Positions 9,094 through 19,285 of a DNA stretch of 64,000 bases are shown piece by piece (the first letter of the stretch is position 1; every line of letters starts with the position of its first letter). Below the pieces are notes generated by a model, which saw nothing but the letters and a program-made list of their open reading frames with translations, was not told the origin of the DNA and did not search any database. Location of the stretch: assembly GCA_965228895.1 (NCBI GenBank), contig OZ245842.1, positions 3,604,814 through 3,668,813 on the forward strand, read 5' to 3'. A program made the translations under genes and the position numbers. The DNA is from Alphaproteobacteria bacterium. Its GTDB lineage: Bacteria; Pseudomonadota; Alphaproteobacteria; SP197.

Positions 9094-10749
9094 ATGGTCG
9101 AGACGGTTGATTATCTGATTGTCGGTGCGGGTTCGGCGGGCTGCGTGCTGGCCAACCGGCTGAGCGAGGATGCCGGCGCCACCGTCAAGGTGCTGGAGGC
9201 GGGGCCGATGGACAACAGCCTCTACCTGCTGCGCATGCCGGCCGCCGCCTGGATCATCATCAACGGGCGCAAGTACAACTGGTACTATCACAGCGAGCCC
9301 GAGCCCTTCATGGACGGCCGTCGCATCTTCTATCCGCGCGGCAAGGTGGTCGGCGGGTCATCGTCGATCAACGGCATGGTCTATTTCCGCGGCCTGCCGC
9401 TGGACTATGACGGCTGGTCAACCAACCAGCTCAACAACTGGTCCTTCGCCCACTGCCTGCCCTATTTCAAACGCATGGAAACCAGCGACCGCGGCGCGAG
9501 CGAATGGCGCGGTGGCGATGGGCCCCTGGCGGTCACCACCGGCGGTGACATCAATCCGCTTTACCGGGCTTACATCGAAGCCGGCGTGCAGGCGGGCTAT
9601 CCCCATACGCAAGACGTCAACGGCTATCAGCAGGAAGGCGTCTTCGCCATGGAGCGCACGGTGGTCGGCGGCGTGCGCAACAGTGCCGCGCGCGCCTATC
9701 TGCACCCGGCCCTGAAGCGCGCCAACCTGACATTGGAGGCCGACGCGCACACGAACCGCGTGCTGTTCGAAGGCACACGCGCCGTCGGTGTCGAGTACAT
9801 CCAGAATGGCCAGACCAAGCAGATCCGCGCCGAGCGCGAAGTCATCCTGTCCGGCGGTGTCTTTAACTCACCACAGATCCTGCTGCGCTCGGGCGTCGGC
9901 AATGCCGAACACCTGCGAGAACTCGGCATCGACGTCGTGCACGACCTGCCCGGCGTCGGCGAGAACCTGCAAGACCATCTGGACTGGCCGATCCAGTATG
10001 AATGCACGCAGCCGGTCTCGCTCTACAGCTCGACCACCAAGCTCGGTCAGCTCAAGACGGGCCTGCAGTGGTTTCTGTCAAAATCCGGCGTCGCTGCGTC
10101 AAACCTGTTCGAGGCGGGCGGCTACTTCCGCAGCCGGCCTGGGATCGAGTACCCGAACATCCAGCATCACTTCGTCGCCATCGCCATGAATTATGACGGC
10201 AGCATGCCGCACAAGGGTCACGGCTTTCAGGCCCATATCAGTCAGATGCGCCCGACCAGCCGGGGTTTCGTTAGGCTGCGCTCGACCGATCCGTTCGAGC
10301 CACCGGTCATCCAGTTCAACCACATGCAGACCGAAAACGACCGCCAGGAATTCCGCGACGCGCTCAAGCTGACCCGCGAGATCATCGCGCAGGATGCGCT
10401 CAAACCCTATCGCGGGCGCGAGTGGGCGCCGGGCATCGACGTGCAGTCCGACAGCGATGTCGACGCCTTCGCCCGCGCGACCGGCGAAACGGAGCACCAT
10501 CCGTCCTCGACCTGCGCCATGGGTTATGACGAGATGGCGGTGGTCGACGGCGAGACCCGTGTCCATGGCTGCGAGAACCTGCGCGTCGTCGATGCGTCGA
10601 TCATGCCGCGCGTGGTCAGCGCCAACCTGAACGGCCCGACCATCATGATCGCGGAGAAAGCGTCGGATATGATCGCCGGCAAGACGCCGCTGGAGCCCGA
10701 TTACACGCCGTTCTATCGGGCGCCGGATTGGGAAACCAACCAGCGTTAG
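9094..10749 (+). CDS. GMC-family FAD oxidoreductase, choline-dehydrogenase-like
   Basis: DYLIVGAGSAGCVLANRLSED (FAD GxGxxG), KYNWYYHSEPEPFMDGRR, GKVVGGSSSINGMVY and C-terminal HPSSTCAMG. The ATG at 9094 has a GGAGGAA SD. Confidence 0.9.
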   Translation: MVETVDYLIVGAGSAGCVLANRLSEDAGATVKVLEAGPMDNSLYLLRMPAAAWIIINGRKYNWYYHSEPEPFMDGRRIFYPRGKVVGGSSSINGMVYFRGLPLDYDGWSTNQLNNWSFAHCLPYFKRMETSDRGASEWRGGDGPLAVTTGGDINPLYRAYIEAGVQAGYPHTQDVNGYQQEGVFAMERTVVGGVRNSAARAYLHPALKRANLTLEADAHTNRVLFEGTRAVGVEYIQNGQTKQIRAEREVILSGGVFNSPQILLRSGVGNAEHLRELGIDVVHDLPGVGENLQDHLDWPIQYECTQPVSLYSSTTKLGQLKTGLQWFLSKSGVAASNLFEAGGYFRSRPGIEYPNIQHHFVAIAMNYDGSMPHKGHGFQAHISQMRPTSRGFVRLRSTDPFEPPVIQFNHMQTENDRQEFRDALKLTREIIAQDALKPYRGREWAPGIDVQSDSDVDAFARATGETEHHPSSTCAMGYDEMAVVDGETRVHGCENLRVVDASIMPRVVSANLNGPTIMIAEKASDMIAGKTPLEPDYTPFYRAPDWETNQR

Positions 10750-10759
10750 GCGCTCGGGT

Positions 10760-11677
10760 TCAGGAGTGGTCGCGTTCGTAGCCGGGCCGCGCGAAACGCA
10801 CTTCAAAATCGTCGGTCGCGCCGTAGCTCTGCCAGAGTTCGAAACCGAGCAGGGCACGCATGTCGTCTGATAGTGCCGCCTGTGCATCCGGGCGCAATCC
10901 GCAGGTAAAGTTCTGCAGTTGACGGAACTGCGGCCCGCAATAGGTCGCGGTGATACCGATGCGCGGCGCGTTGCCGTCGTTACGGCCCGATGCATGCCAG
11001 GTCCTGGCGTCCCAGATAACCGCACCGCCCGCCGGCACTTCCGCATCGACGGTGTCATAGGTTTCGTTGGGGTCGGGATGAAGGCCGGAGAGATGGCTGC
11101 CCGGCACGAGCCGTGTCGCGCCGCTCGTGGCCGTGAAGTCGGTCACCGCCCACATGACATTGATCACCACCGCCGGGTTGATCGGCCGCGTCGCGGGCGC
11201 CGGCGATCCCGTCGGTTGCACTTCGCGCGTGATGTCGCCGGCCTTGATCCGGTCCTCGCCCGGCATCACCGGCTGGGGCAGCCACCACTGGTCGGTATGC
11301 AGGTCCATGACCTGATTGCCGGGATGTACGATGTGCGATGAGAAACCGGAGAGATGAATGCGCGCGCCCAACAGATGGCGCGCCAGAGCGATGGCGGTCG
11401 GATGAAGCGCCAGATGATCGAGCCCGTCCTCGCCGGCCATCAGAAGCTGCCACTGATCGCCGCCGCGTTGCGGCCAGGCAAGCGTCTCGTCGTGATCGCC
11501 GCCACCGGTTTCGTCGCCTTGCGCGCGGCGTATGACGGTCTCAAGCACCCGCTCTGTTTCCTGCGGTGACATCAACGTTTCCGCCAGGCAATACCCGTGG
11601 CGGTCCAGGTCGTCGCACAGGCGGGCGACGTCGCCGGTTAACCGCGGCAAGTCTCGGTAGCTGGTCGGATCCGACAT
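10760..11677 (-). CDS. Phytanoyl-CoA dioxygenase (PhyH)-family Fe(II)/2-oxoglutarate oxygenase
   Basis: Overall PhyH-like pattern: HTDQWW, TATSGATRLVPGSH and WHASGRN. Start at MSDPTSY (11677) with a GGAG SD. Confidence 0.8.
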   Translation of the reverse strand: MSDPTSYRDLPRLTGDVARLCDDLDRHGYCLAETLMSPQETERVLETVIRRAQGDETGGGDHDETLAWPQRGGDQWQLLMAGEDGLDHLALHPTAIALARHLLGARIHLSGFSSHIVHPGNQVMDLHTDQWWLPQPVMPGEDRIKAGDITREVQPTGSPAPATRPINPAVVINVMWAVTDFTATSGATRLVPGSHLSGLHPDPNETYDTVDAEVPAGGAVIWDARTWHASGRNDGNAPRIGITATYCGPQFRQLQNFTCGLRPDAQAALSDDMRALLGFELWQSYGATDDFEVRFARPGYERDHS

Positions 11678-12018
11678 ACCCCTACTCCGCTTATGGTTTT
11701 GATCGCATGGCGGCCATGCGTCGTGTGCAGACGACACGTTAAATCAAGGCCCACGCTGGCGCGAAACCGAAAGTCAGCGATCACATTTTCCATCTTCTCG
11801 CCACAAAGCGGCGCGGGGGTCTTTTCTTTGCCGACTTGCGCATCATGTATGGCACCAGGCCCGTGGGGGGATGGATCGGCGACGCACACCCCGTGCGTCA
11901 ACGTTGCTCATGGACCGCTTGTTGAGAACACAAACTGGCAGCCGCTCTGGCCGCCCGGCGCCTCGGCGTTCGGGTTTCCCGGTCGCTGCACACTTTGATT
12001 CAACATGGATGACGTGTC

Positions 12019-13200
12019 ATGAAAGATGGGCTTCTTACGCGACCTCGTGCAGCAATGGCCCGGCCCGCTCTGGTGGTGACGGCGATGGTTGCCATGTTGC
12101 TCCTGGCAGCGTGCGACAACGAGCCAAACGACGCGCGGGCCTCCGCGCCACCACCGCCCGCCGTGACCGTCGCGAACCCGGTGGTTAAACAGATCGTCGA
12201 AGACGACGAGTTCGTCGGGCGCTTCGACGCCGTGAGTGAAGTCGAGGTGCGCGCGCGCATCGGCGGTTACCTGCAGACCATCGAGTTCGTCGACGGTGAT
12301 ATCGTCGAACAAGGCGACCTGCTGTTCACCATCGACTCTCGACCCGTCGAAGCGGCGCTGGCCGAGGCCCAGGCTGAGCTCGAAAGTGCGCAGGCGGCGC
12401 TCACCAACACCCGCGACGAACTTGACCGGGCCGAACAGTTGCTGGAGAGCGGCAACATCTCTATTCAAACCGTCGACGAACGACGGCTTAACTTTCTTTC
12501 CGCCCAGGCAAGGGTTGCTGCCGCCGCCGCAGCGGTCGAGCGTGGCATGCTGGATCTTGAGTACACGCAGATCAGCGCGCCGCTGACCGGGCGCATCGAC
12601 CGCAACTATCTCTCTGAAGGCAACCTTGTCGAGGCCAACGCGACGGTGCTGACCAGCATCGTCAGCACCGATCCCATCTATTTCTACTTCGATATCGACG
12701 AGCGCACGTTCCTGGCGTATGCGGAGGATGCGCGCGCCCGCGGCACCAACCTGCAGGAAGGCAGTGGGCTGCCGGTCATGATCACCCTGGCCGATAACGG
12801 CGGGACCGTGTTTCCCGGCGAGCTCGATTTTTCGGAGAACCGCGTCGACCCGGAAAGCGGGACCATGCGCGTACGCGCGGTGGTGCCCAATTCGGATCTT
12901 GTCTTGCTGCCCGGCCTGTTCGGCCAGATCAACGTACCGGGCTCACTGCCCTATGACGGCATCCTGTTGCCCGACGAAGCGATTGCCAGCGACATGGACC
13001 GCCGCATCGTCTTCGTCGTCGATGAGGCCGGTGTCGTTTCGGCCAAGCAGGTCAGGCTCGGGCCCAAGATCGACGGCTACCGCGTGATCCGTGACGGCCT
13101 GACCGGCGACGAACTGATCGTCGTCGCCGGCCTCATGCGTGTGCGCCCGGGCGTGACGGTCACGCCGGAGCTGACCAAGCTGCCACCAGTCGCCGAGTGA
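12019..13200 (+). CDS. RND efflux periplasmic adaptor (membrane fusion protein), lipoprotein
   Basis: Lipobox LLLAAC, then HlyD/AcrA-type features: VRARIGGYL, a coiled-coil Ala/Gln-rich hairpin, YTQISAPLTGRI and LPGLFG. Confidence 0.9.
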   Translation: MKDGLLTRPRAAMARPALVVTAMVAMLLLAACDNEPNDARASAPPPPAVTVANPVVKQIVEDDEFVGRFDAVSEVEVRARIGGYLQTIEFVDGDIVEQGDLLFTIDSRPVEAALAEAQAELESAQAALTNTRDELDRAEQLLESGNISIQTVDERRLNFLSAQARVAAAAAAVERGMLDLEYTQISAPLTGRIDRNYLSEGNLVEANATVLTSIVSTDPIYFYFDIDERTFLAYAEDARARGTNLQEGSGLPVMITLADNGGTVFPGELDFSENRVDPESGTMRVRAVVPNSDLVLLPGLFGQINVPGSLPYDGILLPDEAIASDMDRRIVFVVDEAGVVSAKQVRLGPKIDGYRVIRDGLTGDELIVVAGLMRVRPGVTVTPELTKLPPVAE

Positions 13201-13216
13201 GCGCGGACGACAACGC

Positions 13217-16200
13217 ATGAAGTTTGCCCACTTCTTCGTCGATCGGCCGATCTTCGCGACGGTTCTGTCGCTGGTCATGGTGATCACCGGTTTGATCGCG
13301 TTCCTGCAGCTTCCTGTATCCCAGTATCCGGAAATCGCGCCGCCGACCGTGGTTGTCGAGGCGGTCTTCCCAGGCGCCAACGCCGAAACGGTCGCTGCCA
13401 CCGTCGCGACACCGCTGGAGCAGGAGATCAATGGCGTCGAAGGCATGATCTATATGTCGTCCTATTCGACCAGCGACGGGCGCGCGCAGATCACCATCAC
13501 GTTCGGCCTGGGCACCGATATCGATCAGGCGCAGGTGCTGGTTCAGAACCGGGTTGCGGTGGCCGAGCCGCGTCTGCCCGAAGAGGTGCGGCGTCAGGGC
13601 GTGACGACGGCCAAGAGCTCGCCCGACCTGATGATGGTCGTGCATATGCTGTCGCCCGACGACACCTACGACCAACTCTACGTTTCCAACTATGCTCGTG
13701 CGCGCGTGCGCGACGAACTCGTGCGCCTGCAGGGCATCGGCAACCTCCTGCTGTTCGGCGAACGCGAGTACTCGATCCGCGTCTGGCTCGACCCCGACAA
13801 GCTGGCATCCTATGGCCTGACCGCCGCCGATGCGATCGACGCGCTGCGCGAACAAAACGTCCAGGTTTCCAGCGGCGCCATCGGCGCGCCGCCATCGCCC
13901 GATGACACGGCGTTCCAGGTAACGATCTCGACCCAGGGCCGGTTCTCAGACCCCCGCGACTTCCGCAACATCATCGTAAAATCGACCGACGACGGCCGCA
14001 CTGTCCGCATTTGGGATATCGCCAGGGTCGAACTGGGGGCGCGCGACTACATCACCAACAGCTACCTGAACGGCAAGCCGGCCGTCGCGCTGGGCATTTT
14101 CCAGCGTCCGGGCACCAACGCGCTGGAAACCGCCGATCAGATCAAGGCGACCATGGCGCGCCTGGCCGAGGACTTCCCGCCGGGTCTTTCCTACGAGATC
14201 GTTTACAACCCCACCGAGTTTATCGACCAGTCAATCGACGCGGTCTACCTCACCCTGTTCGAAGCGGTGATCCTGGTCGTCCTGGTGGTGCTGATCTTCC
14301 TGCAGTCGTGGCGTACCGCCCTGATCCCGATCGCTGCGATCCCGGTCTCCTTGATCGGCACCTTCGTGATCATGGCCGCGATGGGTTTCTCGATAAATCT
14401 GCTGACGCTGTTCGGCTTGGTGCTCGCCATCGGCATCGTGGTCGACGACGCCATCCTGGTGGTCGAGAACGTCGAACGAAATGTGCGCGAAGGGCTCAGT
14501 CCACGCGACGCCGCGCACAAGACGATGGACGAGGTCGGCTCGGCCATTGTCGCGACCTCCGTCGTGCTGGCCGCTGTCTTTGTACCGACCGCCTTCATCC
14601 CCGGCATCACTGGCCAGTTCTATCAGCAGTTCGCCGTCACCATCATCGTGTCGACGGCGATTTCGACCTTCAACTCGCTGACCCTGTCGCCGGCGCTCGC
14701 CGCGCTGCTCCTGAAACCCCACGACGCGCCGAAGCCGACGTTCTTCCTGGCGCGCGCGGCGGCCTGGTTCGCCGACCGCTTCAATGCCGGCTTCGACCGG
14801 TTCAGCGGTGGTTATGCCGGCACCGTCAAACTACTGGTCGGCGGTAAGGTCATGCGGCTCGGCATGATGCTGGTCTTCGCCGGCCTGCTCTATGGCACCT
14901 ATCAGGCGTTCCAGTCGGTACCCCGCGGCTTCATTCCCCAGCTCGATCAGGGTTATGCCATCGTCGTTGTGCAGTTGCCGGACGGCGCGTCGCTCAACCG
15001 GACCGACGAGGTTGTCCTGCGCGCGACGGAGATCGTGAAAAACACGCCGGGCGTTAAGAACGCCGTCGGGTTTGCCGGTTTCTCCGGGGCGACTTTCACC
15101 AACGCGACCAATTCCGGCGTCATCTTTGCCGCCTTCGAGCCGTTCGAGACGCGCCTGGCCGCCGACCAGCCTGCCGGATCCATCATCGGTCAGCTCTATG
15201 GCGGCCTGCAGCAGATCCAGGAGGCCTTTATCATCGCCATACCGCCGCCGCCGGTGCGCGGCGTCGGCAATGCCGGCGGCTTCAAGCTAATGCTGCAGGA
15301 ACGCGAAAGCGCGGACATGAGGCGCGTGCTGGGGCTTGCCTATCAGCTCATGGGCCAGGCCAATCAGGACCCCGACCTCACCTCCGTCTTCACCACGTTC
15401 AGCGCGTCGAGCCCGCAGATCTTCCTGGAAATCGACCGCACCCGCGCGCAGATTCTGAACGTGCCGATCGAGCGCATCTTCGAGACGCTCTCGATCAATC
15501 TGGGCACGACCTATGTGAACGACTTCAACGCCTTCGGCCGCGTCTATCAGGTGCGGGCCCAGGCCGACACGCCCTACCGCCTGGAGATCGAGGATATCGA
15601 GCAGCTCAAGGTGCGCGCCGACAACGGCGCCATGGTGCCGCTTGGCACCCTGGCCGATGTCCAGCTCGTCTCCGGCCCTGACCTGGTGCAGCGCTATAAC
15701 CTCTATACCGCCGTACCGCTGCAGGGCGAGGCCGCGCCTGGCATCTCGTCCGGTGACGCGCTCGACGCCATGGAGCAGTTGACCGATGCCTCGCTGCCGC
15801 CGGGCATGAGTTTCGAGTGGACCGAACTGGCATTTCAGGAACGCCAGACCGGCGATACCGCCGTCTATATCTTCATGCTCTCGGTGCTCTTCGTCTTTCT
15901 GGCGCTGGCCGCGCAATACGAAAGCTGGGTGCTGCCGCTTGCCATCATCCTGATCGTGCCGATGGCCGTGCTGTCGGCCATGCTGGGCACCATGGTGCGC
16001 GGTATGGACAACAACATCCTGACCCAGATCGGTCTGGTCGTTCTGATCGCGCTGGCCGCCAAGAACGCCATCCTGATCGTCGAGTTCGCCAAACAGGCCG
16101 AGGAACGCGGACTGGATGTGGTCGCGGCCGCCGTCGAGGCCTGCCGCCTGCGCCTGCGCCCGATCCTGATGACGGCGTTCGCGTTCATCCTGGGTGTCGT

Positions 16201-16405
16201 GCCGCTGATGATCGCGACCGGCGCCGCGGCCGAGATGCGCCAGGCGCTCGGCACCACCGTTTTTTCCGGCATGCTGGGCGTCACCTTCTTCGGCCTGATC
16301 CTGACGCCGGTCTTCTATGTCGTGCTGCGTTTGCTGGTACGCCGGCGCAAACCGGCGTCGAAGGTGGAACCGCCCGCTGAGTCGCCGGCAGGCGCGACGG
16401 AGTAG
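13217..16405 (+). CDS. RND (HAE1, AcrB/MexB-like) efflux permease
   Basis: 1062 aa. N-terminus MKFAHFFVDRPIFATVLSLVMVITG, conserved VVDDAILVVENVER, and a 12-TM AcrB layout. Confidence 0.95.
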   Translation: MKFAHFFVDRPIFATVLSLVMVITGLIAFLQLPVSQYPEIAPPTVVVEAVFPGANAETVAATVATPLEQEINGVEGMIYMSSYSTSDGRAQITITFGLGTDIDQAQVLVQNRVAVAEPRLPEEVRRQGVTTAKSSPDLMMVVHMLSPDDTYDQLYVSNYARARVRDELVRLQGIGNLLLFGEREYSIRVWLDPDKLASYGLTAADAIDALREQNVQVSSGAIGAPPSPDDTAFQVTISTQGRFSDPRDFRNIIVKSTDDGRTVRIWDIARVELGARDYITNSYLNGKPAVALGIFQRPGTNALETADQIKATMARLAEDFPPGLSYEIVYNPTEFIDQSIDAVYLTLFEAVILVVLVVLIFLQSWRTALIPIAAIPVSLIGTFVIMAAMGFSINLLTLFGLVLAIGIVVDDAILVVENVERNVREGLSPRDAAHKTMDEVGSAIVATSVVLAAVFVPTAFIPGITGQFYQQFAVTIIVSTAISTFNSLTLSPALAALLLKPHDAPKPTFFLARAAAWFADRFNAGFDRFSGGYAGTVKLLVGGKVMRLGMMLVFAGLLYGTYQAFQSVPRGFIPQLDQGYAIVVVQLPDGASLNRTDEVVLRATEIVKNTPGVKNAVGFAGFSGATFTNATNSGVIFAAFEPFETRLAADQPAGSIIGQLYGGLQQIQEAFIIAIPPPPVRGVGNAGGFKLMLQERESADMRRVLGLAYQLMGQANQDPDLTSVFTTFSASSPQIFLEIDRTRAQILNVPIERIFETLSINLGTTYVNDFNAFGRVYQVRAQADTPYRLEIEDIEQLKVRADNGAMVPLGTLADVQLVSGPDLVQRYNLYTAVPLQGEAAPGISSGDALDAMEQLTDASLPPGMSFEWTELAFQERQTGDTAVYIFMLSVLFVFLALAAQYESWVLPLAIILIVPMAVLSAMLGTMVRGMDNNILTQIGLVVLIALAAKNAILIVEFAKQAEERGLDVVAAAVEACRLRLRPILMTAFAFILGVVPLMIATGAAAEMRQALGTTVFSGMLGVTFFGLILTPVFYVVLRLLVRRRKPASKVEPPAESPAGATE

Positions 16406-16461
16406 ACCCCGCATCGGAAGTTGCCTGCGGCGCGGCGGGCGTCTATACGCGAAACCATCAA

Positions 16462-17589
16462 ATGGGGACCGCCGCTGTCATGACATCACCAATCATCGCG
16501 CCATCGCGCCGCTTGCGCCGCACGCCCTTTTCGCCACGCGTCGAAGCCGCCGGTGTCAAAGGGTTTACCGTCTATAACCACATGCTTCTGCCGACCGCGT
16601 TCGCCTCGGTCGAAGAAGACTACCGGCACCTCAAGCAGAACGTGCAGGTTTGGGACGTCAGCTGCGAACGCCAGGTCGAGATCAAGGGTCCCGATGCCGC
16701 GCGTTTGGTGCAGTTGATGACGCCGCGCGACCTCGCAAAGGCGCGGGTCGGGCGCTGCTTCTACGTGCCGCTTGTCGACGAGACCGGCGGCATGATCAAC
16801 GACCCCGTTGCCTTGAAACTGGCCGAAGACCGGTATTGGCTGTCGATCGCCGATTCCGACGTCGTCCTATGGGGTAAGGGACTGGCGTCCGGCATGGGCC
16901 TTGATGTCAGTGTCGAGGAACCGGACGTCTCGCCGCTCGGCGTGCAGGGTCCCAAGGCCGATGATCTGATGGCCCGCGTGTTCGGCGAGGCTGTGCGCGA
17001 CATCCGCTTCTTCGGCTTTGCCACGCTCAACTTCCGCGACCATCCCCTGATCGTCGCGCGCTCGGGCTGGAGCAAACAGGGCGGCTTCGAGATCTATCTC
17101 GACGACTTCTCGCTCGGGCTCGACCTGTGGGACGCCTTGTTCGAAGCGGGCCAAACCCTCGACGTGCGCGCCGGCTGCCCCAATCTGATCGAACGCATCG
17201 AAGGTGGCCTGCTCTCCTACGGCAACGATATGACCTATCAGAACAACCCGTTCGAATGCGGCCTCGACAGGTTCTGCAATCTCGACGCGCCCATCGAATT
17301 CTTCGGTCGTGACGCGCTCCAGGCGATCCACGACAAGGGCCCGGACCGCCTGATCAAGGGCATCCGGATGGACGGCGACCCGGTGCCGGCATGTGTCGAG
17401 ACGTGGCCGGTCAGCGTCGCCGGCGCGCCTGCCGGCATGCTGACATCCGCCGCCTGGTCGCCCGACCTCGGCACCAATGTCGCGTTCGCCGTGCTGGAAC
17501 GCGGCCACTGGGATGTCGGACACCAGGTCGAGGTCGAGACCCCGGCTGGCACCCGGTCCGGCACGGTCGCCGAGATACCGTTCATTTAG
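16462..17589 (+). CDS. dmdA: GcvT-family aminomethyltransferase, DmdA-like (candidate DMSP demethylase)
   Basis: About 370 aa. The N-terminus SRRLRRTPFSPRVEAAGVKGFTVYNHMLLPT...VQVWDVSCERQVEIKGPDA...YVPLVDETGGMINDPV...ARSGWSKQGGFEIY matches my recollection of roseobacter/SAR11 DmdA rather than canonical GcvT. The start could instead be the ATG at 16480. Confidence 0.6.
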   Translation: MGTAAVMTSPIIAPSRRLRRTPFSPRVEAAGVKGFTVYNHMLLPTAFASVEEDYRHLKQNVQVWDVSCERQVEIKGPDAARLVQLMTPRDLAKARVGRCFYVPLVDETGGMINDPVALKLAEDRYWLSIADSDVVLWGKGLASGMGLDVSVEEPDVSPLGVQGPKADDLMARVFGEAVRDIRFFGFATLNFRDHPLIVARSGWSKQGGFEIYLDDFSLGLDLWDALFEAGQTLDVRAGCPNLIERIEGGLLSYGNDMTYQNNPFECGLDRFCNLDAPIEFFGRDALQAIHDKGPDRLIKGIRMDGDPVPACVETWPVSVAGAPAGMLTSAAWSPDLGTNVAFAVLERGHWDVGHQVEVETPAGTRSGTVAEIPFI

Positions 17590-17645
17590 GACCGTTTCCG
17601 AGCTTTTTTCGCCTTCGGCCTTGACGCTGGCCCCAGGCCAACCCA

Positions 17646-17669
17646 ATTCCATAGCGAACGATATGGAAT
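17646..17669. promoter_or_regulatory. Palindromic operator candidate (TetR autoregulation)
   Basis: ATTCCATA-N8-TATGGAAT, perfect 8-bp arms, ending 5 nt before the TetR ATG. It shares the half-site TTCCATAGC with the site at 18256-18276. Confidence 0.45.
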
Positions 17670-17674
17670 AAACG

Positions 17675-18241
17675 ATGGCACGACCCCGCGAGTTCGACCC
17701 CGATGTCGCCCTGGACAAGGCGATGCGCCAGTTTTGGGCCAAGGGTTATCACGACACCTCGATCCGTGATCTCGTCGACAAGACCGGCGTCAACTACTAT
17801 GGCCTCTACGAGGTTTTCGACAACAAGCACGGCCTGCTGCTCGCCGCCCTCGACCGTTACCGGCAGACGATCACCGCCGAGTTCGCCACGATCGTCGCCC
17901 AGGCCGCGCCGACGCGGGCCGGGCTGCTGCGCGCCTTTGACCAGGTCTTTGACCTGCTTAAGACAGAGGACGGACAGGTCGGTTGCATGATGTGCAACGC
18001 CGCCATCGAGTTGGCACCCCACGATGAGGACGTCGCCACGAAAGTGCGCGACCACCTGAAGCTCCTGGCGGCTATCTTCGAGGGCTGGCTGACGCGTTAC
18101 GGCAAGTCGGGCGCGGATGCGCGAAACGGCGCGGAGTTCCTGGCCTCGACGGCTTATTCGCTCGCCCTTCTCATGCGCGCCGGATTTGACCGTCGCCACG
18201 TTAAACGCCAGGCGGCGACCGCGTTGAACGCCGTGCTCTGA
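17675..18241 (+). CDS. TetR/AcrR-family transcriptional regulator
   Basis: N-terminal HTH: ALDKAMRQFWAKGYHDTSIRDLVDKTGVNYYGLYEVFDNKHGLL. Confidence 0.9.
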   Translation: MARPREFDPDVALDKAMRQFWAKGYHDTSIRDLVDKTGVNYYGLYEVFDNKHGLLLAALDRYRQTITAEFATIVAQAAPTRAGLLRAFDQVFDLLKTEDGQVGCMMCNAAIELAPHDEDVATKVRDHLKLLAAIFEGWLTRYGKSGADARNGAEFLASTAYSLALLMRAGFDRRHVKRQAATALNAVL

Positions 18242-18255
18242 TTTTTTTGGCCATT

Positions 18256-18276
18256 TTCATAGCACTTGCTATGGAA
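18256..18276. promoter_or_regulatory. Palindromic operator candidate upstream of the AhpD-like operon
   Basis: TTCATAGCA-CT-TGCTATGGAA. The bottom strand reads TTCCATAGCA, the same half-site as at 17646-17669. It lies about 18 nt upstream of the ATG at 18294, just before the AGGAG SD. Confidence 0.45.
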
Positions 18277-18293
18277 TTTCAGGAGACAGAACT

Positions 18294-18872
18294 ATGAGCC
18301 ACTTGAGCTACACGAAAACCTACCGCGGCGTTGCCGACGTTTTCTTGCGTGACGCCGATTTCTACGGGCCGCTGCTGCAGTTCATCGAGAACGTGATGAC
18401 CCGCGACTCCGAGCTGACCAAGGCGGAGCGCGAGATGATCGCGGCCCACGTTTCGAAGCGTAACGGCTGCGGTTTCTGCCTGGGCGCGCATCGTTGGACC
18501 TTGGCTGCCATGGAAGTCGGTTGGTCGACCATCGAGGCGCTGGAGGACGACGCCGATACCGACGCCATCGACGATCGGCTGCGCGCGGTACTGCGCTTCG
18601 CCGAAAAACTCACCGATACGCCAGAGCGCATCGACCAGGGCGATATCGACGTCCTGATCGTAGCCGGCTGGTCGGAGCAGGCGGTCGAAGACGCCATCAA
18701 CGTCGTCGCGCTCTTCAACTACGTCAACCGCCTGGTCGACGCCATCGGTATCGACGGCGACGAAGACTACTTCCGCCAGATCGGCAGCGCGTTGGCGTCG
18801 CGTGGCTATGCGCCACTGATCGACGCAGCGACCAAACGCGCACACCAAACGCAAGGAGGGCAAGCGGCATGA
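18294..18872 (+). CDS. Carboxymuconolactone decarboxylase/AhpD-family peroxidase-related protein
   Basis: ELTKAEREMIAAHVSKRNGCGFCLGAH (CxxC in the AhpD-like core) and NYVNRLVDA near the C-terminus. Confidence 0.8.
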   Translation: MSHLSYTKTYRGVADVFLRDADFYGPLLQFIENVMTRDSELTKAEREMIAAHVSKRNGCGFCLGAHRWTLAAMEVGWSTIEALEDDADTDAIDDRLRAVLRFAEKLTDTPERIDQGDIDVLIVAGWSEQAVEDAINVVALFNYVNRLVDAIGIDGDEDYFRQIGSALASRGYAPLIDAATKRAHQTQGGQAA

Positions 18873-19285
18873 CCGACACCCTGCAATGGCGCATTCGCGG
18901 CGACAGCTTCGAGGATGGCAGCCTGCTGGCCGCCGACTGGAACGTCGTCGAGGAAAGCGATGCCTGGCACTGGCAGTACGACACCCACGAGCTGAGCTTC
19001 ACCATCTATGAGCACGACGGCCAGTACTGGAAGCTCTACCGCGCCCGTTTCGTGCCCGATGGCGCGGACGACTACGCTTACGGTTTCGGCGGCCAAGCCT
19101 GCCGCATGGCCAAGGTGCGCTATCGGGTCCGCGCCCGTTCACCCCACTCTAGCCGACTGATGCAACGGGGCGACGAGGAATGGGTCCGGACCTACGAGGT
19201 CGACGAGTCCATTCACGACGTGATCCTCACCGGACGCGACGACCCCCGATACGGCGCGCCCTATGGCCCGAAGGAGGCGGCATGA
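18869..19285 (+). CDS. Hypothetical protein (138 aa), no domain recognised
   Basis: ATGA overlaps at both ends (18869-18872 and 19282-19285) tie it into the operon. Trp/Tyr-rich sequence MTDTLQWRIRGDSFEDG...YEHDGQYWKLYRARFVPDG. Confidence 0.6.
   Translation: MTDTLQWRIRGDSFEDGSLLAADWNVVEESDAWHWQYDTHELSFTIYEHDGQYWKLYRARFVPDGADDYAYGFGGQACRMAKVRYRVRARSPHSSRLMQRGDEEWVRTYEVDESIHDVILTGRDDPRYGAPYGPKEAA

Noticed and set aside
11693-11998. The 101-aa ORF in the 340-bp PhyH/RND divergent intergenic region.
   Set aside because: It has no SD, an odd composition (Cys/Pro/Trp-rich, low-complexity) and no motif. The region is more plausibly a promoter or regulatory region.
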